From positions 32,001-96,000 of IMG/VR virus record IMGVR_UViG_3300025162_000024: DNA of 64,000 bases. One strand, given 5' to 3'. The notes beneath the pieces are model-generated. The model saw only the letters and a program-made list of their open reading frames with translations, did no database searches and had not been told where the DNA came from. Position 1 is the stretch's first letter, and every line of letters starts with the position of its first letter. The translations under genes were made by a program, and so were the position numbers. This document shows, piece after piece, positions 9,934 to 19,563 of the stretch. The stretch comes from a virus.

Positions 9934-10110
9934 TCATATCTGCTGCCACCCGGTCCAGCGGATCACAGATCGCTCAGACGCCAGTTGCCACTCGTAGATA
10001 TCACGGATGCAGTTCTTCTCCGCCTCGCTCGGCTCCAGGTTCAGCTTATGCAGGGGGATGGTGACTATGAGGGGCTTGTCCGGGGCCGGATTGGGCTGCT
10101 CAGTGGTCAT
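9934..10110 (-). CDS. Hypothetical protein
   Basis: MTTEQPNP... after GAGGA; fills the gap after the portal gene. Confidence 0.5.
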   Translation of the reverse strand: MTTEQPNPAPDKPLIVTIPLHKLNLEPSEAEKNCIRDIYEWQLASERSVIRWTGWQQI

Positions 10111-10120
10111 TTGCAGATCC

Positions 10121-11875
10121 TCATTGGGCCTGCTGCTGCCCTTCGTTCTGCGTCTCTTGACTTTGGCGAGCCAGCTGCATTTTTGCTTTGACCAAAGACC
10201 AGAGCGTTTCATCCGATTGCTTCAGCTTCAACATTTCGGATTTTCTTTGTTCGTACGGTATCTGTAAGAGCTTAGTAGCCAATTGCTCAGCCTGCTGTGT
10301 AAGTTGCGGGAGGCTCGTGCCGCCGCCGGACCCGCCAGCAGAAGGCTGACTCGGCTGTCCGGTGACCCCTGCAGCCTGGAGCATGGGGCTCTGCTTGGAC
10401 TGAGCTTGTTGCTGCAGTATAGAAAGGTCCGAAGAAAGTTCCATCTGAGCCTCAGCCTCAAGACGCTGACTGCGGAAGCGATTCTTCCGATCCTGATCGG
10501 GGTCCACGCCCATCCGCTCAAGGATCGGGCCCATGTCGATCCGCTGGCTGGTCGCAAGACTCATCACCATCTGCCGGTTCTCAATATCATCGGCAAGCGT
10601 GACAGGCTTGAACTTAGCGTCACATCCTTCCCAGGCCATGGCCGTGGATACTGTCTTGTTCAACCATGACAACCAAAGATTTATGCCGGATAGGTAGTCC
10701 GAAAAAGTTTGCTGCACAGTCCTCAACGCCACAGGCAGTACGTCGAACTTCATGGTGCCGCGGTACATCTCCGCAGGGACACCGGAAGCATTTAGCATCT
10801 CGTCGGTGGCCGCCCCGATCATGTCATGGGTGATCATCTGGGTGCCTTCACCTCCGAGGCACTGATATGCGATTGGCGAGCCCACGAAATTCCACCCCCC
10901 AGGATTTCGCCGATGCTGTTTGAGCATTTGGCTCACCATACCGTTGAACATCGCGGGGTTTATAGCGGAGGCGTCGATCCCCGCCTGGGGTGCTGCAGGA
11001 CTGATCACCCGGAACGGAACTATATATTCTTGCGCGAGAACTTCATTATAAAGCTTAAGAGTCTGTATATACCATGCTTGTGAGAACAGGTGAAGGAAGT
11101 TCCCGATCCCCCATCCCTTAACATCAACGCCCGCGAGCGTCTTGTTCCGCATGTGGAAGACGACCCCCGGGTTGAACTGGAACAGTTTCCCGGCCTGTAT
11201 GGCTCGTACGATATCCCATGGCATCGTCTCCAGCGTGAACGGATCCCCCTCCTTGAGCTCCTTAACAATCTGGGGATCAGGGTCCCACGAGTAAACGCAC
11301 TTCCCGGAGATCGGGTGTTCCTTGATCTTCATCCGATGGGGGGTCCAGCGGATGACATGGATATCCTCTTCCATCGGCCGCCGGCGGTCTATAGGCTTCT
11401 CCGTCACCTGGTTAGACTTGCACTTCCCACACTTCCAGATGAATTTGAAGTCCTTGAACTTGTAGTTGACCCGATCGATCCTGAGCTCTTGGCCACACTC
11501 AGTACAGGCCAGGAACCGGGAGAACGGCAGGTAGACGGAAGAAAAACTGTTGGCGTACGCCATGTAATCGTCGCCCAACGCAGCAGCCGTATTGAGCACG
11601 TCAAACGGCCCGTTCAGGAACTTCTCGACCCGTTTCCTCTGCTGATCCGAACAGTTGGTGATATCCACGTCGGTCAGGAAGTACCGGACCATCCGCTTCA
11701 TGGCCTGGGCATAGGTAGGCGACCGGTACCACAGATGCTCGCACCACCGGAGCAGCTCAGGGACCGACCGGGGCATCTGGGCCGTGGAATAAGAGAGGAA
11801 TGGGTTCGGATAAGTCCGCATCCGCTGACCTTCAACGTTCTGGGCCTCTCCTGTATTGCCGTCGAGCATTCCCAT
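10121..11875 (-). CDS. Portal protein (putative) with Zn-ribbon insert
   Basis: 584 aa; YPNPF...LLRWCE N-terminus, VFHMRNKTLAG..GWG segment and Gln-rich coiled C-terminus, as seen in portals of large phages; CTEC/CGKC pair. Confidence 0.7.
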   Translation of the reverse strand: MGMLDGNTGEAQNVEGQRMRTYPNPFLSYSTAQMPRSVPELLRWCEHLWYRSPTYAQAMKRMVRYFLTDVDITNCSDQQRKRVEKFLNGPFDVLNTAAALGDDYMAYANSFSSVYLPFSRFLACTECGQELRIDRVNYKFKDFKFIWKCGKCKSNQVTEKPIDRRRPMEEDIHVIRWTPHRMKIKEHPISGKCVYSWDPDPQIVKELKEGDPFTLETMPWDIVRAIQAGKLFQFNPGVVFHMRNKTLAGVDVKGWGIGNFLHLFSQAWYIQTLKLYNEVLAQEYIVPFRVISPAAPQAGIDASAINPAMFNGMVSQMLKQHRRNPGGWNFVGSPIAYQCLGGEGTQMITHDMIGAATDEMLNASGVPAEMYRGTMKFDVLPVALRTVQQTFSDYLSGINLWLSWLNKTVSTAMAWEGCDAKFKPVTLADDIENRQMVMSLATSQRIDMGPILERMGVDPDQDRKNRFRSQRLEAEAQMELSSDLSILQQQAQSKQSPMLQAAGVTGQPSQPSAGGSGGGTSLPQLTQQAEQLATKLLQIPYEQRKSEMLKLKQSDETLWSLVKAKMQLARQSQETQNEGQQQAQ

Positions 11876-11877
11876 CG

Positions 11878-12117
11878 CTATTCCTTTGCATCAGCAGGAG
11901 TTACGGCCAATGTACGCAGACGTTGGCAGGGGCACCGGAGACGCCCACAGTCGTCAGCCGAAGCCTTGATCAGCGGGTCTCCAGCCTCAGACTTGAATGC
12001 TGGCTCATAGGCCTCGGCAGAAAAGATAGGCTGACCGAGCACCTCCCGCTGGGTGAGAGGTCGCCTGAAGCATTCACACCAGGTGGTGCCCGCCACTGTA
12101 TTTGCGTGCTTTTCCAT
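11878..12117 (-). CDS. Small Cys-containing hypothetical protein
   Basis: 79 aa; CEC and CGRLRCPC; GGAG SD. Confidence 0.6.
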   Translation of the reverse strand: MEKHANTVAGTTWCECFRRPLTQREVLGQPIFSAEAYEPAFKSEAGDPLIKASADDCGRLRCPCQRLRTLAVTPADAKE

Positions 12118-12131
12118 CAGACTCCAGTCTA

Positions 12132-12884
12132 TCAGGCCTCGGGCTGCGTGCTCTCCGCCCCCAGGATCAAGAAGTCAGTAAGCTCCAGGCCCCCTGAGAT
12201 AACATAGGTCTGCCCGGTGTACGCACAGGTAATGAGCTGACCATCGATCAGCAACTGGATCTTCGAGTCGGCATCCCCACTCTCAAACTGCGGAGGACGG
12301 CTCCCACCCCCCTCTGGGTTCCACACAAGGAGGAGCCCAGCCTTGTTCGGGGAGAGGATCACGTCGTCATACCCAACGGCGATCCTCATCTTGTCGATGA
12401 TGAACGTGACAGCCACCCGCTTCCGCCTTGGGGCCTGGGCGGTCTGTGGCGGTATGCGTACCACTCGTCGCTCTTCGACCTGCTCGGACACCATAGGCTT
12501 AGTCTGAATCGTTTCCAACGGCTTCCTCTCCTCTGAGGTCCACACCTGGTCCTGCCCCTGGTCTTCACCCATCTCTGACATCGGTTCCTCCACTTTGGCC
12601 GGTCTGGCCATCCTCGTCGGTTCCTGGGGTCGGCGCGAGCCTGGCTGGACCGGGACCGCCCGATCGCCTACGACCTTTGCCCTCTGTGCGGCTCGGGGCC
12701 CTCCAACCTTGACCTTAGACATGCTCCGGCCATCCTTTGACACTACGTCCACCTCGAACTCCGCATTTGGATCGATCATTCCACTTGACCATTCGCCCAG
12801 CGTCCGGGCCTGCCCCGGTTCGACCACTTCGACATCTCCGCCGGCCGATGAGTCAGATCCGATAGTTTTGAAGGCGAGTGCCAT
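12132..12884 (-). CDS. Hypothetical protein
   Basis: 250 aa; GGAGG SD. Confidence 0.7.
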   Translation of the reverse strand: MALAFKTIGSDSSAGGDVEVVEPGQARTLGEWSSGMIDPNAEFEVDVVSKDGRSMSKVKVGGPRAAQRAKVVGDRAVPVQPGSRRPQEPTRMARPAKVEEPMSEMGEDQGQDQVWTSEERKPLETIQTKPMVSEQVEERRVVRIPPQTAQAPRRKRVAVTFIIDKMRIAVGYDDVILSPNKAGLLLVWNPEGGGSRPPQFESGDADSKIQLLIDGQLITCAYTGQTYVISGGLELTDFLILGAESTQPEA

Positions 12885-13062
12885 TAGACCTCCGCTGCCC
12901 GTTGACCATCAGATGTACGTGGTTCTCCGGACTCGTGTAGACCGTGGACTCGAACTTATTGTTGGGGTCTATCTGTGCCGATGGAGTATCTCGGTCAACT
13001 CCGAGTACTGCCATCTCCTCTTCCGTGAACTCAATGCCCGTCGCTCTGTATGTGAATGCCAT
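12853..13062 (-). CDS. Hypothetical protein
   Basis: MAFTYRATG...; TATACT 7 nt upstream of the ATG. Confidence 0.6.
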   Translation of the reverse strand: MAFTYRATGIEFTEEEMAVLGVDRDTPSAQIDPNNKFESTVYTSPENHVHLMVNGQRRSNGTRLQNYRI

Positions 13063-13080
13063 GCCCAAGAGTATACCGCG

Positions 13081-13449
13081 TCAGCTGATCCCAAGCTGGC
13101 CAAAGGGTGCCGGGCGGTCGGTGTTCTCCACATTCGTAACGTCGAATGTGCCACCAGCACCCACTGCAGTACCCAGTACATTAGCCGGATCCAATGTTCC
13201 GCCAGCAGAGACCATTACTTTGGCTACGGGCAGGGTCCCCCCGGCTGAGGCCAATACACTGGCTAATGGAATCGTGTACTGAGGATCTCCGATGCCCGGG
13301 GACCCGCCTACCCTATTAAATACGGAAAAGGTGTCCGCGACATCCGCCGAGTACTGGCCATTTGAATAGGTCATTACCACGGCGTCCTGGGCCCCCGCCT
13401 GTGTCGCAGCATACAAGTTCAATCCTGCTGATCCGTTCCATGTAATCAT
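13081..13449 (-). CDS. Putative tail/virion accessory protein
   Basis: 122 aa, rich in G/A/T/V, directly downstream of the tailspike-like gene. Confidence 0.6.
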   Translation of the reverse strand: MITWNGSAGLNLYAATQAGAQDAVVMTYSNGQYSADVADTFSVFNRVGGSPGIGDPQYTIPLASVLASAGGTLPVAKVMVSAGGTLDPANVLGTAVGAGGTFDVTNVENTDRPAPFGQLGIS

Positions 13450-13462
13450 CTTGGCATCTCAT

Positions 13463-15385
13463 CTACGCGATAATCTTCGAGACAATTCGCCACACGCACC
13501 CGGTCCCAATCCCATCGCACTCCAGGGTCACGGTGTCACCCAGGGCATCAATCGCCTCGAATGATCCCGCCCCTTCAATAGAGCAGGTTGCCAGTGGCGG
13601 CAGCAAGGCCACGAGGCAGCCGGTCTGATTGCCCGCCGCGGCTAACACTGCATTCGTGGTCAGGGTGATCGTCCCCGCCCCGGTATTGACGCTGGCAATC
13701 GCGTAGACCCCGGCTTGGATATTGGCCTTTTGCCCGATGGCAACCTTGTCGCCAGCGAGCGCCGCTGCAAATGTCGCTCCGACCGTGCAGACACTGCCGC
13801 CGCCAGCATCCGTTACCGGCGTGTTGGAGTTCTTGGCAGCCCAGTAGGGTACGATGATCAGCTTCTTGGCATCGGCCGAGATCTTCTTGAACGTGATTCG
13901 TCTCCCGGACATATCGCGGTTGGCGTTGAAGGTGTCCTGGAGGAACACAACGATGTCCACCGTGTTGGAGACCGTGATCAAGCCGAGATGCCTGCCATCC
14001 AAGGCGGTCGTCGCCTGTGCGTTGTACGTGTGTGTTGCTTCCGGCCCGGCATTGTTGAACACCTGCATCGCCGGGGAAAACGCGCTCCCGATCGTAGTCG
14101 GGGCCGTATTCCACCGGTTCCCCGTGATGACCCCCTGGGTGACATACGTGGACACCGCCGCGAAGCTCACCGAGCACTCCGAGTTATTCCCCTCGATCAC
14201 CGCATGCCCGCCCCCGTAGAAGTAGATGCCATTGGGCGAGCCTGCCATCACATTGCCGGTGACCGTCAGGTACACGATGGCGCCATCGAAATTAGCCGTG
14301 GCATCGTTGAACCGGATCAGATCCGTTCCTGCCCCGTTGAGCAGGTTGCCGGTGATCGTGATCATCCCCATCGTCTGCGGATAGGCAGTTACGAAGTGCA
14401 GGGCATAACGAGGCACGTTGGCGGTGTAGGTGAAGCGGTTTCCTGTGAAGGAGTACCCATTGGCGGTCGAAGATGCCTGGTTGTCCAGGTACACGGTGTC
14501 ATACGTGTTGGCCGCCGTGAACTTCGGGTAGAAGTTATTGTCGCTGAACGTGACATTGACCGACGGTGGAACGTGGATCAGATGATCGCTGATAGTCGCA
14601 GTGCTCTGCCCCACGTGGTTAGACCGCACGTACAGTCCGTTCAGGTATCCCGCATTGCCAACCGTGCCATTTACGGTGCAGTCAATGAATGGCCCTGCGT
14701 TGTCGATCGCGAAGCATTCGCTGATCCAGATCGGGCCGCATATCTGACCCGATGGAATGTTGAAATACACAGCCGCCCCAGTGCTCTGCTCGAATACACA
14801 CTGCAAAACCCGATGCTCCCACTGTTGGCATAGCTCAATAGCACTGCCAGCCATGGAACTGAACCAGATGTTTACAAACTGGATGTCGATCCAGGCGTTC
14901 TTGGTCGGCCCCGTGGTAGAGGGCATCTGCACGATCCCGCGCAACGGGTTCGTCGTCCCATTCCATGCCGACTGATTGGTGCGGTTTCCATGCATCCGAA
15001 AGTCCCGGAACATGCTCAGAGCGTTCGTGGTATAGAACCCGCCGGTCGTCGGATCGAAGGGCATCAACTTGATCATGTCGCAGTTGGCGGCATTGGCCAG
15101 ATACAGCGTTGTGTGATCGGACCCGGTCCCACACATCATAACGCGATTGGTCAGATTGATAGTGGCACTGATGTAAAACGTGCCGGCCGATAAACGAATG
15201 GTGCCGGAGCCAGTAGCCGCAATCAGGTCATGTGCCGCTTGGATCTGTACATCGTCTGCCGTGCCGTCGCAAACAAACTGAGCTCCGGCTTTCGCCGAAA
15301 GCGGAGCGTCAGAAGCAGCCACCACGATCTCGAAATGCGAGTCACGAATGCCCTGGGTGAGGCCGTCTTGAGTTACTAGTGCCAT
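13463..15385 (-). CDS. Tailspike/receptor-binding protein with right-handed beta-helix
   Basis: CDGTADDVQIQAA...GTIRLSAGTF pectate-lyase-3-like start; repeated xxTGN/xxDNN beta-helix rungs. Confidence 0.8.
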   Translation of the reverse strand: MALVTQDGLTQGIRDSHFEIVVAASDAPLSAKAGAQFVCDGTADDVQIQAAHDLIAATGSGTIRLSAGTFYISATINLTNRVMMCGTGSDHTTLYLANAANCDMIKLMPFDPTTGGFYTTNALSMFRDFRMHGNRTNQSAWNGTTNPLRGIVQMPSTTGPTKNAWIDIQFVNIWFSSMAGSAIELCQQWEHRVLQCVFEQSTGAAVYFNIPSGQICGPIWISECFAIDNAGPFIDCTVNGTVGNAGYLNGLYVRSNHVGQSTATISDHLIHVPPSVNVTFSDNNFYPKFTAANTYDTVYLDNQASSTANGYSFTGNRFTYTANVPRYALHFVTAYPQTMGMITITGNLLNGAGTDLIRFNDATANFDGAIVYLTVTGNVMAGSPNGIYFYGGGHAVIEGNNSECSVSFAAVSTYVTQGVITGNRWNTAPTTIGSAFSPAMQVFNNAGPEATHTYNAQATTALDGRHLGLITVSNTVDIVVFLQDTFNANRDMSGRRITFKKISADAKKLIIVPYWAAKNSNTPVTDAGGGSVCTVGATFAAALAGDKVAIGQKANIQAGVYAIASVNTGAGTITLTTNAVLAAAGNQTGCLVALLPPLATCSIEGAGSFEAIDALGDTVTLECDGIGTGCVWRIVSKIIA

Positions 15386-15391
15386 TACCTG

Positions 15392-15397
15392 AGTATA
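15392..15397 (-). promoter_or_regulatory. Putative -10 box (TATACT) of a leaderless transcript
   Basis: TATACT-N6-ATG just downstream of a terminator; similar geometry at 13070-13075, 9401-9406 and 1461-1466. Confidence 0.55.
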
Positions 15398-15415
15398 CCC
15401 TAGCCCCTGATAGCT

Positions 15416-15447
15416 AAAAAAAAGCCTCTCCCCGGGTGGAGAGAGGC
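15416..15447 (-). terminator. Rho-independent terminator separating accessory and virion modules
   Basis: gcctctc...gagaggc stem followed by T8 on the minus strand. Confidence 0.85.
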
Positions 15448-15486
15448 CTTATGAACCTGCCCACACGGGCAGATAAAGGAGCTAGG

Positions 15487-16566
15487 TTAACGCATACCAG
15501 GATTCTTCCGATAGCAGTCCTTGGCCAGGGTCGTCGGATTCTGGTAGTCGAATCCGACCTCTGGTGAGTCAGAAGAGCACTTGGAGACACAGGTTACAGT
15601 CCGGGCCACTGGATAGCGTTCACCCTCTGGGTACGAGAACAGCTTGTCCCAGAGTCTGCACCATCCGTCAGCACACAGATACTCGTAGACACCTCCAACC
15701 ACCCGGAACCTGGGCTCAGGCTTCTTCAGGTAGCAGGCCGAGGCCTTGGCACACATGGGTGACGACGAGGCTTGCCAGATGATGGCCCCATCCGAACCAC
15801 TTCCGACCGAGTGGGCCCTGACCTGTACGTATCCGCCCGGGGCGTCAGAAGAGGGCATCCACAGGGCATCCCCCAGATTGAACCGGCCATCGGCACACTC
15901 GTACATCTTGAGCTTCTCGGGATACACCGTGTAGCACTTATCTCTGTGAGCTACAAACCCACCGCCGAGCGTGATCAGCCCATCGGCGGCCACCGATCGC
16001 ACCGGATAAGGCCCTTTCACCGGGTACATCCCACCCGTATGCACATAGAGATCATCCCCGACCTTGAACTGGCCGTCGGCACACGTATGCTGCCGAGGAT
16101 CCTGAAGATAGCAGTCCTCTGGAAAGGCCACAGTGGTGCACGCGTTGATCTTGCTGGCCGCAAGCAGTATCGCTATCTTACCGTAGCATCCCTTATACTG
16201 TGTGCCAAACGATCGGACCTGCACCCAGTCATCCCCGTAGCGCGTCCAGAGCTTATCCCCGACCTTGAACTGACCGTCGGCACACTTCCAGGTGTCCACC
16301 GCCTTGGGCTGCAGCTGGGCAAACTTCTCCTTGACCTCTTCCCCGATACTCGGGTCGATCATATCCTGGGCCGTAGCCCACCCCCGGTCCCAGGCGTTCC
16401 ACAGGGCGGGTGTCGTCTTCGTATACGGGTTCTTCTCCCGGAGAATGCCCAGGGCGTAGTCCTGGGCCCCTCGCTGAACGACCTGGGAGATCTGCTGGGT
16501 TAGAGCATCTCCCACCGTATTCTGGAGCCATTCTTCGCCCGCCACTTCAATCGTCTTCTTCGACAT
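15487..16566 (-). CDS. Protein with four CADG-F-x-x-GD repeats (possible small beta-barrels)
   Basis: CADGQFKVGD x2, CADGRFNLGD and CADGWCRLWD, each unit ending in CY...P; AAGGAG SD before ATG 16566. Confidence 0.8.
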   Translation of the reverse strand: MSKKTIEVAGEEWLQNTVGDALTQQISQVVQRGAQDYALGILREKNPYTKTTPALWNAWDRGWATAQDMIDPSIGEEVKEKFAQLQPKAVDTWKCADGQFKVGDKLWTRYGDDWVQVRSFGTQYKGCYGKIAILLAASKINACTTVAFPEDCYLQDPRQHTCADGQFKVGDDLYVHTGGMYPVKGPYPVRSVAADGLITLGGGFVAHRDKCYTVYPEKLKMYECADGRFNLGDALWMPSSDAPGGYVQVRAHSVGSGSDGAIIWQASSSPMCAKASACYLKKPEPRFRVVGGVYEYLCADGWCRLWDKLFSYPEGERYPVARTVTCVSKCSSDSPEVGFDYQNPTTLAKDCYRKNPGMR

Positions 16567-16576
16567 CTTCTTCTCC

Positions 16577-17209
16577 TTAAACAAGTTGGGTGTCAGCCGG
16601 ATACAGGCAGGCACTAAACAGATCCTGGTTCAGCACAGACCTGGCCGTGGACAGGAAGAACGTCTCTGCCTTATCCCAGGACCAGGCCTGAAGCCTTTCC
16701 GCGTACGGCTCATGCTTCAGCTGCCATTCGAGCTTAGATGGACGCAGCAGATCCCTTCGCTCAGTGGCCAGCATCCGGTTGTCGATCTCGTGGATCTCGG
16801 CTTGGATCGCCTCGGGGATCGGCCAGGGCAACCCCAGCCGCTGGGCTATAGCCTGCCGGTTGAGCTCTCCTATGGCCTTGAACTGGGGGATTGCAGCCTT
16901 GATCGGCCGGGGGAGATCCTTGGTATAGGCCTCCTCCGCGTCATGGAACAGGAGCCAGGCCCTGGCATCCAGAGAGGCCCGGTAGCAGCATTCAACCGAG
17001 TGCTGGGCCACAGAGTAGGGAACGATACTCGCACCCCCATACCTGTTCTCGATCGACAGGTGATGTGCGATATCCCCGAGCCACACATCCTCCGGCCGCG
17101 GATCGCACGTCCAGTAGGGGACCCCCAGGTAGGTCTGGGTCCAGTACCCCTTGCGATCTGAGCCTATCTCTGGCCTCCAGTTCTCGTAAACGACGTCAAT
17201 CTCTGGCAT
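16577..17209 (-). CDS. HD-domain phosphohydrolase (YfdR-like 5'-deoxynucleotidase)
   Basis: DIAHHLS..NRYGG, YSVAQHS, LLFHDAEEAY..DLPRPIK and DNRMLATERRDL motifs. Confidence 0.85.
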   Translation of the reverse strand: MPEIDVVYENWRPEIGSDRKGYWTQTYLGVPYWTCDPRPEDVWLGDIAHHLSIENRYGGASIVPYSVAQHSVECCYRASLDARAWLLFHDAEEAYTKDLPRPIKAAIPQFKAIGELNRQAIAQRLGLPWPIPEAIQAEIHEIDNRMLATERRDLLRPSKLEWQLKHEPYAERLQAWSWDKAETFFLSTARSVLNQDLFSACLYPADTQLV

Positions 17210-17430
17210 TAAGGTCCTTTCCTCTCTGCAGGCAGCCGGCCATCCAGGTAGTAGAACACGGGTGAACCCGTGGTCAGATCTGACCTGTACTGGGCGGCCC
17301 CGGCCACTACCGCCTCCCTCTGACATCTGTCCTTCGCATACGATTCCCCGATGCTCTCGGCTACAGCAAACACTAGAAATGTCCAGATCAGAATCACGAT
17401 CGATACTGCGGATTTCTCGTACCCGTCCAT
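17209..17430 (-). CDS. Small membrane protein (paralog 1)
   Basis: One TM helix followed by AVVAGAAQYRSD.TTG..F. Confidence 0.7.
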   Translation of the reverse strand: MDGYEKSAVSIVILIWTFLVFAVAESIGESYAKDRCQREAVVAGAAQYRSDLTTGSPVFYYLDGRLPAERKGP

Positions 17431-17431
17431 C

Positions 17432-17644
17432 TCAAGGTCCTTTCTCTACAGGGGCCGTCGTTGGCCGGGGGAAGAACACAAACTGGGTCTGCCCAGTCCG
17501 TGGATCCGCCCGGTACTCTCCGGCCCCGGCCTCCACAGCCCGCTTATTAAACTCAGACTGGCCGCAGCCCTGGCCAATAGCACACCCTACGCCTACTAAG
17601 ATAGTAGCCGCTATGCATCCCGCGATGAACTCGTCAAAGGTCAT
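17432..17644 (-). CDS. Small membrane protein (paralog 2)
   Basis: One TM helix followed by AVEAGAGEYRAD..TG..F. Confidence 0.7.
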   Translation of the reverse strand: MTFDEFIAGCIAATILVGVGCAIGQGCGQSEFNKRAVEAGAGEYRADPRTGQTQFVFFPRPTTAPVEKGP

Positions 17645-17760
17645 ACTGCTTTCTCCTGCTTGTTCCAACCAGATTGGCCCATGCCCTGGCCAATCCCGAA
17701 CCCGATGAGCCCCGATAGGCCGGCGACCACGCAGCCCTGTACACGATCACCGCCAGTCAA
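17641..17760 (-). CDS. Short membrane peptide (truncated paralog 3)
   Basis: Hand translation from TTG: MTGGDRVQGCVVAGLSGLIGFGIGQGMGQSGWNKQEKAV, matching IGQGCGQSEFNK of the neighbour. Confidence 0.5.
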   Translation of the reverse strand: MTGGDRVQGCVVAGLSGLIGFGIGQGMGQSGWNKQEKAV

Positions 17761-19549
17761 CCATGCCGCCATCTGCTGCTTGCGAGAGCGTCCAGTCGCC
17801 AGGCCCCCTCAGAAGCAGGTCCATGTACGCGTCGTACGCCTTCGACCGGAGCGTAAACATCCGATCGGGGGTCGGCAGGCGATTGTACATCGCTATCTGC
17901 ATAAGCTCGGGCATCCGTCCGTCGAGCTCGCCCCGCTCTGACATCTGTACCAGGTCGCGGCAGGAGACTCCGCACATCTCCCGGACCCATGCCGGCTGCT
18001 TCTCATCACTCAGAGCGTACTGAGACCGAATACCCCGTAACCGAGCCTTGATCGCCTTCCAGAGGTTGGCGAAGGCTGCAGTTCCGTTATCCGCATGAAC
18101 AGTGGTCTCAGAGCCCTTGGCTGGCTGGGCCGGACGATGCGGGATAGCCGCCAGCGCGTGCTGCCCGCAGGATAACCAATCTGCGTACGCCTTGATGGCC
18201 TGTGTTCCTTCCTGAAATCTTTGCGATGGCCGCGGAAGCTCGGCCGTCTTAGCCAACTCCACAAGCCCCGGGTATTTCTCTTTCAACGTTCCAACCGATG
18301 CCATAGCCTCGATATCGTACAGGCTTACTCCGCATACAGCTGTGATCCAGCGTGCGCGACTATGCCCATTACATTTGCAAATCTCAGGCAGGCCCTTCAT
18401 CCGAAAGGATAGAACGTGCCAAAGGGACCTGAATACTGCTTTCGGAGTAAGTGACAGGCCATCCCACGCGGTCGTAATATCCACGCTAGCCGGCGGTTCC
18501 TGCAACCACTTACCTTGGCCACCTCCGAGCTTCTCTACTGGCGTATGTGCAGGCTTACTCTGCGTAATCTGGTTGGCAGTTAGCCACATGCTATATATGC
18601 GATGACTAGCATTACCAGCCTTAAACAAGCTGTCTGGACTCGGGAACGGAGCTGTCTCTGCCAGCTTAAGCAGAGCTGGCAATCTGGTCTCAAGCTTCCC
18701 GGCTGCCGCCATCTCCAGCAGTTCCAAGTGACTACAGCCGCACATCGCGTTCACCATCTTACGCCGCCCGTATTCCTCATAAACAGCACTGATACCCCGC
18801 AAACCGCGCAGCCTGGGTAAGATGGCTTTCCAGAGTGCCTTGAAAGCCAACTCCGCCGTCGACCTCACCTCGTGATCGCTGAGCTCGGGAGGACAAGTAT
18901 TACTCCTGAAAACCAGATTATCAGGACGCCACATGCTGTAAATACGGTGGCCGTCGCTTCCTTTCTGAAAGACATCGTCAGGTGATGGAAGCATAGACGT
19001 CTCGGTCATCCGTATCAGCTCCGGTAACTTGACATCAAGCTCTCCGGCAGCCGCCATATCCAACAGTTTCCAGTAAGAACAGCCACACAGTGCTTTCACC
19101 CACCGGCTCTTACCACACTCTCCGTAAATGGAGTTAATTCCTCGCAGACCCCTTAACCTTGCAAGAACCGCCTTGCCGAGTGCCTTGTACGCTGCGTCCG
19201 CCGCAATCTTCGCATTGCTGGTGCTAAGCACAGGATTGATCGCCACTTCTGTACTTGTACTGCGGACTGCAGATACCTCGCTCTTGGCTGTAGCCGTCTT
19301 CTTCGTCTCCACGCCCACCGCATGAGCCTGCTTCTGGGGCACGGGGGTCTCGGCCAATGCCTTCATGAACACCGCACCCAACTTCTGCAGCCCCTCGAGG
19401 GCCACGCACATCCGGGAGAGGATGGCCGGGATAACCTCTGGCCGTTTCAACAGATCGCCGACCGTACCGCCACCGGTACCCCAGGCGTCTGTCGTATACA
19501 TCTCCACTACTGACGCGAACGGAACTTGACCTTGAATCTTCTCGTCCAT
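17747..19549 (-). CDS. Protein with four ~88-aa repeats containing an HTH-like CG(V/C)S motif
   Basis: Four copies of LwKAi..RlrG...W...CGvS..l..M...G.L..P.L...P.P...F...Y; AAGGAG SD. Confidence 0.8.
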   Translation of the reverse strand: MDEKIQGQVPFASVVEMYTTDAWGTGGGTVGDLLKRPEVIPAILSRMCVALEGLQKLGAVFMKALAETPVPQKQAHAVGVETKKTATAKSEVSAVRSTSTEVAINPVLSTSNAKIAADAAYKALGKAVLARLRGLRGINSIYGECGKSRWVKALCGCSYWKLLDMAAAGELDVKLPELIRMTETSMLPSPDDVFQKGSDGHRIYSMWRPDNLVFRSNTCPPELSDHEVRSTAELAFKALWKAILPRLRGLRGISAVYEEYGRRKMVNAMCGCSHLELLEMAAAGKLETRLPALLKLAETAPFPSPDSLFKAGNASHRIYSMWLTANQITQSKPAHTPVEKLGGGQGKWLQEPPASVDITTAWDGLSLTPKAVFRSLWHVLSFRMKGLPEICKCNGHSRARWITAVCGVSLYDIEAMASVGTLKEKYPGLVELAKTAELPRPSQRFQEGTQAIKAYADWLSCGQHALAAIPHRPAQPAKGSETTVHADNGTAAFANLWKAIKARLRGIRSQYALSDEKQPAWVREMCGVSCRDLVQMSERGELDGRMPELMQIAMYNRLPTPDRMFTLRSKAYDAYMDLLLRGPGDWTLSQAADGGMVDWR

Positions 19550-19563
19550 CTTGGGTCTCCTTA

